Source: Octopus bimaculoides (Eukaryota). Taken from it: a stretch of DNA of 53,625 nucleotides. The translations under genes and the position numbers were made by a program. The stretch covers positions 74,762,306 through 74,815,930 of the forward strand of contig NC_068983.1 in NCBI RefSeq assembly GCF_001194135.2, read 5' to 3'. Positions 25,901 through 39,186 of this stretch are shown here, one piece after another. The notes under the pieces are model-generated. The model made no database searches and was not told the origin of the DNA. It saw nothing but the letters and a program-made list of their open reading frames with translations. The stretch's first letter is position 1. The number at the start of each line of letters is the position of its first letter.

Positions 25901-26330
25901 AGGTCGTCATCATTACAGATTTTCCATAGAAATTATAACCAGCACTGATTTTGTTACGATGTCTCGTATCCAAGACGTCAGATGTAAACAAACAATGAAA
26001 TCGAAGATGAAAAAGTGGGTAACGGGCATATTTGTCATATTTCGGGAGTTTTTACTCCTTCACCAGCACTTCATTAGTAAATTACTATATCCAATAACGT
26101 TACACCGCTATATATAGTGGCTGTTTAAGCAACCTGTTCGTGAATGATTAATGGGTTAATGGGTGCCGATGAAGGAATAAAATTTACTAAAATATGGCAT
26201 ATACGCCCAATTATCCATTTTTTTCATCTTCGATCTCATTGTTTCTTTACATATGATGTCCCGGATACGAAACGTCGTAACAAAATCAGTCCTGGCTAAA
26301 ATTTCTATAGAAAATCTGTAGAGATGACCT
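25901..26330. mobile_element. Foldback MITE-like element with about 169-bp imperfect inverted arms and TA flanks
   Basis: 25901-26069 aligns with the reverse complement of 26163-26330 along its whole length (roughly 80% by eye); 93-bp spacer; TA at 25899-25900 and 26331-26332. Confidence 0.8.
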
Positions 26331-27335
26331 TAACGCCTAAAAGATGAAATTTTTGTGAGCACAATTAACAAGAAAAGAACACTAATCGCTAATACTTTAT
26401 GAAATATTCTCAGTCGACATGGGCCGGTATTAATATTCATGTGACCATCAATTTAAAGTAATATCTTAAGAAAAAATTCGCCATTTTAAAAAATCTGTTT
26501 GAACTCTCCGTTTTGTTCATAAACATTTAAAATCGGTCATTGAATCGTATGACCAATAATTAGAAGACTAAGATTTCTCTGCTATACTCTAGTATAGAAT
26601 ATTGCATGTGTATCTATTTCATGTTATTTTATTTGCTGTCGATTCTCTTCTCTTTACACTCTACTTTCCCGTCGCTCGTATTATTTATCTCTGTTTTAGA
26701 GCCGACAATTTATTACAGAATCGCGTTAAACTGATCAATCAGAATCTTGATACGTGCCTAATAAAAGTCGTATTGTAAACGGATGTATGGTATAATTGAT
26801 GTTGTAATTACAGCTTCAAACTAAATGAAGGCATTATTAGTGCTTGTTTTAATGTTTTAAATATTTTCTCTTTCGTTGTAAATGCTTGAGTGCGAACATA
26901 GATGCATGTATTTTCGGCAAATCTCTGAGCATGTATGTGTATTTACATACATATAATGTCAGTTCGTATGTACTGGAGTGAATGCGTTTGATTGCCACTT
27001 GTATTGTTTTCTTACCACACTATGTAACATTCACGTTCAATGCCTATATCTCGAGAAGACCACGTTAATATACGAATCTATGATCGCTGCAAGGCTGGAA
27101 AATCTCTTTAGCTCTTGGCAAACATGCCTATTACTCTAACAAATTTAAGCCTGCGGTCGTTATAATTAAATGAAGAAAATAAATTCGAAAATAAAGTGTA
27201 ATTACAATCAGGACTTTTGTAGTCTGTAACCCTCTGTACTATTTGTATTTAGTCTATCATCTTCCTCTTTTTCTAATTTCTCTGAACACACATACACACA
27301 CACACATACACACATTCTCTCTCTCATACACATAC

Positions 27336-27383
<48 letters not shown>

Positions 27384-27493
27384 GTTCATACATACGCACA
27401 CAAACACACGCACACGTATGTGTATATATACACATTTGGAGGTAAATGAGTGCATACATGTGTACACGCACATATATTGTTAATGAGTTTATC

Positions 27494-27524
<31 letters not shown>

Positions 27525-27533
27525 CATACTTAC

Positions 27534-27604
<71 letters not shown>

Positions 27605-27977
27605 ATGCGTTGGTGTATCTCAAACACCAAGGAATATAGATAACAGGACAACTCGTCCGTTACCTTTACCTTTCCTGACCTCTCCTACTAACGGCGTTCG
27701 TCTGTTATTTTACTTCACTCACGCGCACACACACACATTCGCATACATACATTCATGCATACACGTATGTGTATCTGTGCAAAGTGAGATGTATGTATGT
27801 ATATATCAGCAATGCATGCATACGTACACATGTCCATATATGTGTAAGAGTGAAAAATTGAGTGTATCTGTTTGTCTATTAGGGTAAATTTCACAGTAAA
27901 ATCATGTATAAAAATTATAATTCAAACTATGCTCATCCACAAGGATATGTATATGCGTGTATGTGTATAAAGACATG

Positions 27978-28052
<75 letters not shown>

Positions 28053-28795
28053 ATATATNNNNNNNNNNNNNNNNNNNNNNNNNNNNNNNNNNNNNNNNNN
28101 NNNNNNNNNNNNNNNNNNNNNNNNNNNNNNNNNNNNNNNNNNNNNNNNNNNNNNNNNNNNNNNNNNNNNNNNNNNNNNNNNNNNNNNNNNNNNNNNNNNN
28201 NNNNNNNNNNNNNNNNNNNNNNNNNNNNNNNNNNNNNNNNNNNNNNNNNNNNNNNNNNNNNNNNNNNNNNNNNNNNNNNNNNNNNNNNNNNNNNNNNNNN
28301 NNNNNNNNNNNNNNNNNNNNNNNNNNNNNNNNNNNNNNNNNNNNNNNNNNNNNNNNNNNNNNNNNNNNNNNNNNNNNNNNNNNNNNNNNNNNNNNNNNNN
28401 NNNNNNNNNNNNNNNNNNNNNNNNNNNNNNNNNNNNNNNNNNNNNNNNNNNNNNNNNNNNNNNNNNNNNNNNNNNNNNNNNNNNNNNNNNNNNNNNNNNN
28501 NNNNNNNNNNNNNNNNNNNNNNNNNNNNNNNNNNNNNNNNNNNNNNNNNNNNNNNNNNNNNNNNNNNNNNNNNNNNNNNNNNNNNNNNNNNNNNNNNNNN
28601 NNNNNNNNNNNNNNNNNNNNNNNNNNNNNNNNNNNNNNNNNNNNNNNNNNNNNNNNNNNNNNNNNNNNNNNNNNNNNNNNNNNNNNNNNNNNNNNNNNNN
28701 NNNNNNNNNNNNNNNNNNNNNNNATTATTATGATTGACCGTTGACTGAACACTATTCAATTTTTTTTCTCCGTGTCTTTCTCCTTGTCTCCGTAT

Positions 28796-28832
28796 TCTTT
28801 CTGTTGAAGAGCGTAGCTCGAAACGTCAAAGA
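28796..28832 (+). ncRNA. Variant minimal hammerhead ribozyme motif in a ~130-bp PLE-terminal-repeat-like element (28770-28925)
   Basis: TCTTT-CTGTTGA-A-GAGC GTA GCTC-GAAA-CGT-C-AAAGA: 5-bp stem I, 4-bp stem II, palindromic ACGU in place of stem III, GUC site; paralog at 42111. Confidence 0.55.
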
Positions 28833-28942
28833 CTTTCCGTATTCCCGAGCGTCATACTAATATATACTTTTGTTATTTACACCACCTGTCCTCGTCTGTT
28901 GTTATTTTTTGTATATTCTCCCATATATATGCGTATATATAG

Positions 28943-28983
<41 letters not shown>

Positions 28984-28997
28984 CATACATACATACA

Positions 28998-29028
<31 letters not shown>

Positions 29029-29529
29029 TACAGGCATACATATAGTCACACATCAATGTACATATTTTTTATGTGTTTGCACGTAAATCTCCTTTGTATG
29101 TGTTTATATCCGAAAAAGAAAAAAGTAAACAACCCCTCTATTTGCGCAACGTATTGTTAACTTGCTCCAAATATAGGAACAATATGCAAATATCAATAAA
29201 TCCAAGATAAGAAAAAAAATCATTGAAAAAGTTTAATATCAAATAAATAGTAAAATATTTCGCAAAATTTTTTTACATATTTTTTTGGCTTTCAATTTTT
29301 ATTATCTTTGTTGTTTTCAAACATTGTATTTTATAAATTTCGAACTTAAACATATTTATGTTTGAAATGTTTCATAAATAACCTCATTGTAGTGTTCTTT
29401 TTTTCTATTTTCCTTTTGTCTTCTTTTATTAATTTTTGATTTGTTTGTTTCCTTTTGGAGTGCGGTGGTAAGTGATGAGTAGTTCAAACAATGAAATTAT
29501 TCACGCTCCATTTCTTTTAAATTTGCTAG

Positions 29530-29584
<55 letters not shown>

Positions 29585-29761
29585 GTGTGTGTGTATTTGT
29601 ATGCATATATATATATATGTGTGTGTATGTGTGTGTTTGGGTGTACGTATATGTGTATACATATCATTTGAATGTCTTTTTCTACACATGAAACGTGTTT
29701 GGTGTTTCCGAATAGTTTCTTCATACGCACAAAGCCTGACATATGAAATTCAAGAGCATAT

Positions 29762-29801
<40 letters not shown>

Positions 29802-29913
29802 GCGCGCACACAAACACACACACAGGCACACATACGCACACACGCATACACTTATAAATAGGTAGATAAACAGGTATACTTATATATATATGTGCAGAGG
29901 GTGCAATTTTTAC

Positions 29914-30016
29914 GCACCCGTAAAGTGTTTAGCTTTATAGAAGACTCGTCAGACTCTAATGGCAGAAGGCATTAGAGTCTGACGAGACGTCTATAAGTTA
30001 AGCACTTTATGGATGC
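29914..30016. repeat. Palindromic hairpin, about 47-bp arms with a perfect 17-bp core
   Basis: CTCGTCAGACTCTAATG (29945-29961) / CATTAGAGTCTGACGAG (29970-29986), 8-nt loop, imperfect outer extension. Confidence 0.85.
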
Positions 30017-30089
30017 GAAACCATTAGTCACTCTATAACCGGACATGCATTTAACTACATGTAAATGTGTGTGTTTGTGTGTGTGTGTT

Positions 30090-30120
<31 letters not shown>

Positions 30121-30293
30121 TTGTGTGTGTTTGTGTGTGTGTGTGTGTGTGCGCGTGTGCGTGCGTGCGTGTGTGCGTGCGTGCGTGCGTGTGTGCGTGC
30201 GTGCGTGTATATGTCTGTGTATGAATTTATGATAAAAAATCTTCATCATTGTTGTTAATTACAACTTCTGAACTGAGTGATCCTTGTACAGTC

Positions 30294-30401
30294 GGATGCT
30301 TAATCACAACTAATCATCAGGGGAAACACCTTATAGCATTATGTTTCAGATATCTAATGCAATAAATGTTGCCCCTGATGATCTGTTGTGGCTAAGCAAC
30401 C
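30294..30401. repeat. Imperfect inverted repeat, 30-bp arms
   Basis: GGATGCTTAATCACAACTAATCATCAGGGG vs CCCCTGATGATCTGTTGTGGCTAAGCAACC (about 25/30 paired) plus inner partial pairing. Confidence 0.7.
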
Positions 30402-30745
30402 AATTACACATGGAACATCCAATACACAATTTCAATCAAGCAGAAGGTTGACGCGCACGTAGGAACAAATTATATGAACTTGTGTTTATCATAATTTCTA
30501 TGTATATCATAACTAGTAATACTACTAAGTAGAATAGTACTCAATCCACTATAGTGGAAGCATAGTAGATGATGAAAATCTATGTGTAGCTCTAAACTCA
30601 ACAATAGTAGTCGTACATTGAATAGCACACGCATGAGTACTATATATATATATTAAGGAAATAATTAATAGTTTTTCTCGTTGACTACATAATAAATTCT
30701 TATAAAGATTTTATCCTATTTTTAAATTGTGTATATATATATAAA

Positions 30746-30875
30746 GGAGCACTCCATCGGATACGACGACGAGGGTCCCAGCTGATACGATCATCGGAAC
30801 AGCTTGCTCGTGAAATTAACGTGCAAGTGACTGAGCAATCCACTGACACGTGTACCCCTAACGTAGGTTTCCGGA
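30746..30875 (-). mobile_element. SINE family 3, 3' fragment
   Basis: Reverse complement matches 41765-41889 (CACTTGCACGTTAATTTCACGAGCA...GACGGAGTG). Confidence 0.8.
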
Positions 30876-31344
30876 GCGACAGCTACATACTTTAAGTATC
30901 TCAATCCAAAGTGAATATTCTATAGTAACTGTGTAAGGAATATTTATTTGACGATGTTTCTTAATAATTAATCCTTTATTTTTTCTTAGAGCGACGATTG
31001 ACTTTCCTGTATTACGGGAATGTTTCGTGATTGTAATTCTCTGTTGTTGGTATCTGAGCCATTTATTACTTAACCTGAAGTAAAGCTCTCAGAATTTACG
31101 GGCGAAAAATGCTATCAAATGTCTTTTTGTAATCAATCCATGAGAAACTTAGATCCATAATGTCCCTGTAAAGTTTTTCTAATTTATAAACAACCATATG
31201 TGCAAGTGCTGTATTCCATGTGTTCTGAAAGCTTCCAGTTGATCATCGATCATCCACGCAACTGCACTTAGAGATTTGTATACTTTAAATTGGCGGGTTA
31301 TGTTTCATTTTCGCTTATTTGTCTGTATTATTATTATTAATAAT

Positions 31345-31446
31345 ATTTATAGTATTATTATTAACATTTATAGTATTATTATTAACATTTATAGTATTAT
31401 TATTAACATTTATAGTATTATTATTAACATTTATAGTATTATTATT
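31345..31446. repeat. 21-bp minisatellite (ATTTATAGTATTATTATTAAC) x4.9
   Basis: Four identical units plus a partial unit. Confidence 0.9.
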
Positions 31447-31479
31447 TTCATTTGATTTGTCAGTATTATTGAATATTTA

Positions 31480-32520
31480 CAAACAGTATAAGTTGATCTG
31501 TTAAATATTTTCACCAGAAGTTTTAGCACTTTGTTACTTTCTGCTGCTTACTGATTATTCATTTTGTATAGTCTCAGAGCTTTATCTATTAATGTTGTTA
31601 TTTTATCCCACCATTGTTCACGTGATACGCTTTATGTTGTCTTAAGCATAATAGTCCGTGATGATCACATTGCTGTTCATATTCTTCAACCTCTCCAAAT
31701 ATTTATTTCTTTTGCTAGTGTCACTGCTTTGAGTTTCCTTTTGTTTAAGCTTAGTTCTTGGTGAAATCGTTTGGGGTGGATATCCAACTATTTGTTTTGT
31801 TCACAAAATCGTTGTTGCCTTTCATGGAATTTTTTTTACATGTTCTCTATGTTCGGTTATTTCTTATATTGTTATATTGTATTTGTCTAGCTTTTTCCCT
31901 CTTTTGTAGCTTTTCGTTGCTGCTTTCATTAAGAATTAAGAGGTCCTTTATATTATTTTCTATGGTTTTCTTTCTCTTTATTTCCCACGTTGTTTGCTTG
32001 GGTTTAGATGTTCCTCTGTGAGTACTTTTCAGGAAGTATTCACTTTGTTTTGTGAATACTGTGTCTGCTGGTTATATTACTTGTTTATTTGATTTATTGT
32101 GTTCATATTAAGCTTCGTATCTGTCTTTACTGAGTCTACAATGGCCAACTTAAAATATTTTTTAATTGTTGTTGCTATTTCATCATTGTTTTATCTTGGG
32201 AGGTGTCTTTTGCTGGTCTATCGGAAGCTCTATCGATTTTAGCTGTATTACTAATTTCTTCTTTAGATTATTATCATATTTGAAATTTCCATCTTTAGAT
32301 TTTAAACTTATTTTTAATGTTTTTTTTTTTCTCATTTTCACTTGTGCTCATATTTTTGCATAGTTCTTGTCCGTCTTTTGTTGCTTAGCATCCTTTAAGG
32401 ATGTTAGAATTTGATTTTGTTAGGTTTCATTATTTAATTTTTTTTAGTTTATATTTGTAAAAATAATTACTTCAAGTTGTAATCTTTAACACCTGAAGAA
32501 AAAAATTATCAGCATGAATG
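31480..32520 (-). pseudogene. Old, degenerate N-terminal (pre-RT) region of an R4/Dong-like ORF
   Basis: Minus-strand pieces INQINKVI*PADTVFT, KPKQTTWEIKRKKTIENNIKDLLIL, HERQQRFCEQNK*LDIHPKRFHQEL, EQWWDKITTLIDKAL and NFW*KYLT occur in the order expected for this ORF type. Confidence 0.55.
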
Positions 32521-32569
32521 GTCGATATAAACTATGCAGCGTTGAAATTTTTAACAATAATAGTTCGGC

Positions 32570-32609
<40 letters not shown>

Positions 32610-33315
32610 GTTCAGTAGTTTTATTTTTATAGCGTGCTTTCACTTCACTACCGNNNNNNNNNNNNNNNNNNNNNNNNNNNNNNNNNNNNNNNNNNNNNNN
32701 NNNNNNNNNNNNNNNNNNNNNNNNNNNNNNNNNNNNNNNNNNNNNNNNNNNNNNNNNNNNNNNNNNNNNNNNNNNNNNNNNNNNNNNNNNNNNNNNNNNN
32801 NNNNNNNNNNNNNNNNNNNNNNNNNNNNNNNNNNNNNNNNNNNNNNNNNNNNNNNNNNNNNNNNNNNNNNNNNNNNNNNNNNNNNNNNNNNNNNNNNNNN
32901 NNNNNNNNNNNNNNNNNNNNNNNNNNNNNNNNNNNNNNNNNNNNNNNNNNNNNNNNNNNNNNNNNNNNNNNNNNNNNNNNNNNNNNNNNNNNNNNNNNNN
33001 NNNNNNNNNNNNNNNNNNNNNNNNNNNNNNNNNNNNNNNNNNNNNNNNNNNNNNNNNNNNNNNNNNNNNNNNNNNNNNNNNNNNNNNNNNNNNNNNNNNN
33101 NNNNNNNNNNNNNNNATTTTTTTTATTATACCTAAGGCACCTACTATGATAGGAATTGTTTCTGTTTTTAGACTCCACATTCGAGTTATCTCTATTTCCA
33201 GGTCTTTGTATTTTGAAAGTTTTTCCATTTCTTTTAGAGAAACGTTGTCATCTGCTGGTATTGATACATCAATTAGAAAGCATTTTTTTCTTCATGATCT
33301 TTGACAACTATATCT

Positions 33316-33316
<1 letters not shown>
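32610..33316 (-). mobile_element. R4/Dong-like REL fragment and 3' UTR (family G) across a gap
   Basis: DIVVKDHEE..FLIDVSIPADDNVSLKEMEKLSKYKDLEIEITRMWSLKTETIPIIVGALG; UTR end matches 14140-14182; TAA-sense tracts on both sides. Confidence 0.85.
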
Positions 33317-33359
<43 letters not shown>

Positions 33360-33389
33360 TTCTTGTTGTTGTTGTTGCTGCTACTGTTG

Positions 33390-33550
33390 CTGATATTGTT
33401 CAGTAGTATTATTTTCATCACGTATTTTCCCTGCACTACCGACCGTAGCTCTGTGTGCTCTGAGTATGTGCTGTGGTGTGTTGTGGTATTTTTATTTTCA
33501 CTGTATTGAAAGTGCTTTACTGGGATGTACGCGGTGCTTAGTAGTGCTTA
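33390..33550 (-). mobile_element. Diverged family G-related 3' end
   Basis: Reverse complement ...CACTTTCAATACAGTG...CACAGCACATACTCAGAGCACACAGAGCTACGGTCGGTAGTG resembles 14065-14182. Confidence 0.7.
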
Positions 33551-33599
33551 GTATTATTACTATTATTATTATTGCTGTTGTTGTTGTTGTTGTTGTTCA

Positions 33600-33838
33600 A
33601 ACGGTGAGCTGGCTGAATCGTTAGCACGCTGCAATAAATGCTTATCGATATTTCCTTCGTTCTTACGTTCTGAGTTCAAATTCCGCAAGAGGTCGACTTT
33701 GCCTTTCATCCTTTCGGGGTCGATTAAATAAGTACCAGTTACGCACTGGGAGTCGATATAATCGACTTAATCCCTTTGCCTGTCTTTGTTTGTCCCCTCT
33801 GTGTGTAGCCCCTTGTGGGCAGTAAAGAAATAAGAACT
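33600..33838 (+). mobile_element. SINE family 1 copy with the alternative 'b' tail
   Basis: GGTGAGCTGGCTGAATCGTTAGCAC...GAGTTCAAATTCC...; tail TTTGTCCCCTCTGTGTGTAGCCCCTTGTGGGCAGTAAAGAAATAAG. Confidence 0.85.
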
Positions 33839-34404
33839 GCGTAACCAGGGCTATTCGGGGCTAAACAATATCTGCAATAAACTGGAAATTCATACAGTTA
33901 TCTCTGTCTATGAAAGTTATGTATGATTACCGTGTTTCTTTATCGAAGTAATGAAAAATATAAAGAGTAAAGAAAAAATGGAGAAGAAAATAGATTATCA
34001 GTCAGCGTTTAATCTCAGATTATTTTGGCCTATTTTCATATTTCCTACTACTGTTCACTTGAAAACCTGACACCTTTCAAATTAATATCTTGGTAATTAG
34101 CCAACCAATGATATTGGTTAGAACATAGGAGGGACATTAAAGTCTCTAAGAACTGACATCCAATAATCATCACAATTTATTGCTTATTAAATGAATAAAT
34201 AAAGTCTTATTAATTCAATGGATGAGAAACTAGTAATAATATCTTTTTTTAAAGTTACGCCTCTCCAAACTGGCTTATTTCCGAGCAATGATAATTAACA
34301 TGTTTAATAAATGTGGGCAACAAACTTAAGAAAGGAGCTAACAATAAAATGTTGATAACTTGTAACTAAGTTGTTGATTACTTGTTTCCGGATGGTATGC
34401 TCAT

Positions 34405-34466
34405 CTACCAGGCTCATTGAATTAGCAAATACTCCAAATATTTGCTTTATTCAATGAGCCTGGTAG
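34405..34466. repeat. Hairpin with a perfect 18-bp outer stem
   Basis: CTACCAGGCTCATTGAAT / ATTCAATGAGCCTGGTAG, plus inner AGCAAATA/TATTTGCT and a 7-nt loop. Confidence 0.85.
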
Positions 34467-35192
34467 TTTAGTTGACTGTGCGGCCAAGATTGTTATATAC
34501 GAGTAGCAGAAGCCGACTGCTGTCCCAGATCAGAAGAGAAATGGCATAAGGAGGAGGGAAGTACTACTAAGTGTGACCACGTTCCCGCGCACACACACAC
34601 CATCCTTCAGTCAGACTAGAAAATACTGGACTTTTAAATTACAAGTACAATCAATCTGACAAGCTTCCGTACACTTTCTTTCTAACCAAATTTAGTTTAA
34701 AATTCATGGGCTGTTTTAAAATAAGCTTTTATATACAAGACACCAGAGATGCGAAGAGTCAGATCGAACCCGAAACCTAACGATAAAGAAGCAAACTTTT
34801 TACACATTCGGTTATACTGGGTCTATCCCCGTGTCCAAAACCTATTACAGAAGACGTTGGGCACCATTTTACTTTTATTTTATTTTTTACTTCCAGTTAG
34901 ATTGCTTGTTTGTGGTTTCTGTCTTCCTACTGAAATTATCTGGTGCTTTTTAGTCAACCGCATCTTTATACAGAAATATATTAACATCACCAGAACATAT
35001 GCCACACGAATATAGATTATTTCATTCAAGTGACTTTCAATGAAGCATGAACATATTAATGATTATTTTTTTATGTAAAGTGTGCTTGTTACAATGAAAC
35101 TGATTATATATATTCATTGGTCATTAACATTGCCTGACGAAAGAAAAGAAATGACGTGGACAGTGTAGACTGCCGGATTTATAGAACAGAAG

Positions 35193-35282
35193 ATTGCATA
35201 CATTAATTCTAAATATTGCATGCATTAATTCTAAGTTTTTGCATATATTTATTCTAAATATTGCATGCACTAATTCTAAATA
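35193..35282. repeat. Degenerate ~22-bp tandem repeat (ATTGCATGCATTAATTCTAAAT) x~4
   Basis: Recurring TGCAT...ATTCTAA units. Confidence 0.65.
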
Positions 35283-35424
35283 GTTTTGAGTGATAAAATC
35301 ATGCTGTGACCCTTTCACCTTTACAAATGTATCTTTGGCCTCAGAAATATAGAAGTGGATTAAGTTAAACAATTATAAACTTCTCTCACAAAACTTGGTC
35401 TTGTATCGAATTATGAGTGGAGTA

Positions 35425-36110
35425 ATAATCATTTCTACTACAGGTGAAAAGCTTGAAACTTCTGAGGAGGGCGCTAGTCGGTTTCATTGACCCCCAGTGC
35501 TCAACCGGTACTTATGTTATCCACCTTGAAAGGATAAAAAGGCAAATTCCACGTTGGCCGAATTTGAACTCAGAAAATAAAGACAGAGATGTAGCTAAGA
35601 TTTTTTATTAAGTTTTTTTTTTAAATCTGACATGCGTACACTGCTGCCAGTTGACTAGCTTTATCTGGCCGAGTAATAATAGCCATAAAAACTAGTTACA
35701 GAAAGAGCGAAATGATGCATTATTTTGTGAAATGTAATTACATCACATTACGCTTTAAGTTCAAATGCTACTGAGGTTAATTTTGTCTTTCAAATGGTAC
35801 TTACTTCATCGACTGCGAAAGGATATAAAGCAAAGTCGACTTCGTCGGAATTTGAACTCAGAATGTAAAGCTGGAAGAAATGCCGCTTAGAATTTTGTCC
35901 GGAGTGGTAACGATTCTGTCAGCTCACCGCCCTACTTGATTCTGTTTAATTAGAAAAAAATTATCATTATAGATGTCGAGTTTAGTGAATTGTAAAATTC
36001 GCTCGCGAGTTGGACAAACATACATTGCCTTTCATCCATACGGAGTCGATAAAAACAAAGTACCAGTCAAGTACGGGTGTCTTGATTTACCTGATCCTCC
36101 TAACTTTAAT
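35425..36110. mobile_element. Three SINE family 1 pieces (35425-35590 minus, 35750-35932 minus, 36010-36110 plus)
   Basis: GAATTTGAACTCAG cores on the minus strand; GCCTTTCATCCATACGGAGTCGATAAAA on the plus strand. Confidence 0.7.
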
Positions 36111-37785
36111 CCTTGTATCTATATTAAGCACAAATATGGTAGCTACCATTTTGCCACAGCATATTGTTTTTATTTTTGCTTTCTTTGTCTCTATTTTTAA
36201 TTACTTAGTCAGAAGAGGAAGAGCAACGCCGGTAGATCCTTTACAGAACCTGAGACTGATGAGGGAAAGGGAGACATTTATCGTCATACTAGCGACCTAA
36301 ATGAATGTATGCACAGTATGGCCTCCACTAAAGGCCCGACAAGACATCTATCTATCTATCATATTAAAATCGGTAGAGAGTTTTGATACAAAACTTGGCT
36401 GTATTTATTTATGTTTCTTTACATTATAGCTTTTATTAGTTCCATACCAGTCTCGTACTGGAATAAATGATTCATTGGCCTCCACCAAAATGGAGAATAT
36501 ATATGGCAACGAGCCATCATCATGTCTTTCAAATCTAATAGTAACAATATTTCTTAACAGACTGTTTATACAAAGCAAATTAAATGGGAAAAGAACAGGA
36601 AAACTAGAATTATACGGATAGGTAATAACAAGAACTGGACGTATTTAAAATAATTGTATAATGACTTTACAAGAAAGACTGAAGTCGAGATTTACGGATT
36701 TCAAGTTACTGAGGGCGGATAATACCAAATGATAATATATCGCATGTGGTTTTTCCTCACGGGACTACTGTCTTTAAATTACACAGTACAGAGAGAATAT
36801 TCCTTCAGGAAAATCATTCGCAGTTTGATTGCTTCAAGAAGATTGATAAACACCAATATTAGTCGGTTTAGATAGACTCTACTGTATTTGATTAACGCTT
36901 ATTTTATTGTCCCAGGGGGAATGAAAGACAAAGTTAATTTCTTCGAGAGCTTTCCTTAGACCATAAACCACAAGAAGTAAATACCGATGTTCTAATGATT
37001 CTGTCAACATATCACGAGACTATTGTTATTTCTAGTTTTATCGAAACATTTCCTCTTTGACACTGACTTCAATACTCTTAAAATTGCATTATCAATATAA
37101 TAAGTTTACTTTAATAATCTCCCTTTAATACTGCCTTCTTTAATACTCTCACGTTAGTTCTTGAACTGTAACATTCAAAGTTATACTTTTCCGTTTAACC
37201 TTTGTTTCTCTTCCATGTATCTCTTTTATCTTTCTCTGTATTTCTTTACGTTTCACAGCAACCCTCGTACATATAATACTTTCTTTATTACAGTTGTTCC
37301 CTCTCACACACTTTCAATTACTAATCTTGTGTATATATATATATATNNNNNNNNNNNNNNNNNNNNNNNNNNNNNNNNNNNNNNNNNNNNNNNNNNNNNN
37401 NNNNNNNNNNNNNNATATATCTTTCTGTCTATCTATCTATCTCTCTATTTATCTATAATCCCAAATTTTATTGAATTTGCTTTGCGGGAAGGACTGTTTT
37501 AACGAAGTCGCGTCTTGTTCCTACCTTCGAAACGCGGAGTAGATAAAACAGGTGACAACTGATGAAGGGGGTGTTCTTTATGTTGCCTGTCTCGTTTCTC
37601 TATTTGCTTCTTTCGATGTTCGAAAAAAAGTTCGTTTTCCATGCTTTTGTTTTTTATGTTCTCGTTTCTCATTTTGTACGCATTTTTTGACGTCGTGTAC
37701 CGATATATGCATGTATATATGCATGTATGTGTAGGCATGTATGTACATGTATGTGTGTATATATGTACATGTATGTGTGTATATA

Positions 37786-37832
<47 letters not shown>

Positions 37833-37967
37833 TATATCTATATATCTATCTATCGATCGATCGATTGATCGAGCCAACCATCCATCGACCCACCCATTTG
37901 TCTACTTCTCTATCTATCAATATAATATATATATATATACAAATATATACATATATACATATATATA

Positions 37968-38008
<41 letters not shown>

Positions 38009-38122
38009 ACACACACACACACACAGAGGGAAAGAAAGATGTATATGAGAGATATCTATATAAGTCTGTCTGTCCTTCTGTCTGTGTTCATCAGTCCAGC
38101 TATCCATCTGTCTGACTGTCTG

Positions 38123-38186
<64 letters not shown>

Positions 38187-38808
38187 TTTACCTATCTACC
38201 TCTCTGTCTATCTTTCCTTTTTAGATATACGCGTGTATGTGAGAGAGTTACTCATATGTATTTGAAGAAACATTTTTCGGCACATGGGTTGGCAGGATTA
38301 AGCGGTTCACTTCTCAATAATCTAATTTTGAATTCAGTAACACACCAGTACATTGCAGTACCATGGGCAATTTCTTTCTAATGACAAACGACCTTTCAGC
38401 GAATTTGATTGAAGGAAAATACGTGTAAGTCCGTCACATATGTTTGTGTGTGTACGTGATGTTTGTATGTGGATGTGTGTCTATGTCTGTGTTTGTAGAT
38501 AGATATACATACAAATATATGTATGTATATGTCAAATTCCTTTAGGCATAAGGCCTAAAGTGTACGAACAAAATAGACAACTTGTTGGACAGCAGAAAAT
38601 ACTTATATTTCAAAAGTTACCAAACTAAATTGTAATATGTTTCACCTGAAGAAAAACAACAATTTGCGGAATTTTCAGAATATAAATGGTGTCAGGATTT
38701 GTGCTTATCTCCAAACGAAACATCTTTAAGATTTTAGTAATTTTTTATATAAAACTACAAAAGATCACATACTTTCATACATGCTTACGCGTGTACCGAC
38801 ATACATAT

Positions 38809-38865
<57 letters not shown>

Positions 38866-39150
38866 CTCTCTCTCTCTCTCTCTCTCACGCACACGCACAC
38901 ATATATATACATATACATGTATATATAAATATATACATATANNNNNNNNNNNNNNNNNNNNNNNNNNNNNNNNNNNNNNNNNNNNNNNNNNNNNNNNNNN
39001 NNNNNNNNNNNNNNNNNNNNNNNNNNNNNNNNNNNNNNNNNNNNNNNNNNNNNNNNNNNNNNNNNNNNNNNNNNNNNNNNNNNNNNNNNNNNNNNNNNNN
39101 NNNNNNNNNNNNNNNNNNNNNNNNNNNNNNNNNNNNNNNNNNNNNNNNNN

Positions 39151-39186
<36 letters not shown>

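Noticed and set aside
32654-33116. Hidden insertion in the family G copy (463-N gap vs about 170 bp expected from 13969-14140)
   Set aside because: Scaffold gap sizes are estimates; cannot be assessed from this sequence
37520-37570. Permuted hammerhead from CTTCGAAAC...CTGATGAAGGGG
   Set aside because: Stem I cannot form at the cleavage site and stem III would be only 2 bp; at most a decayed PLE-end relic
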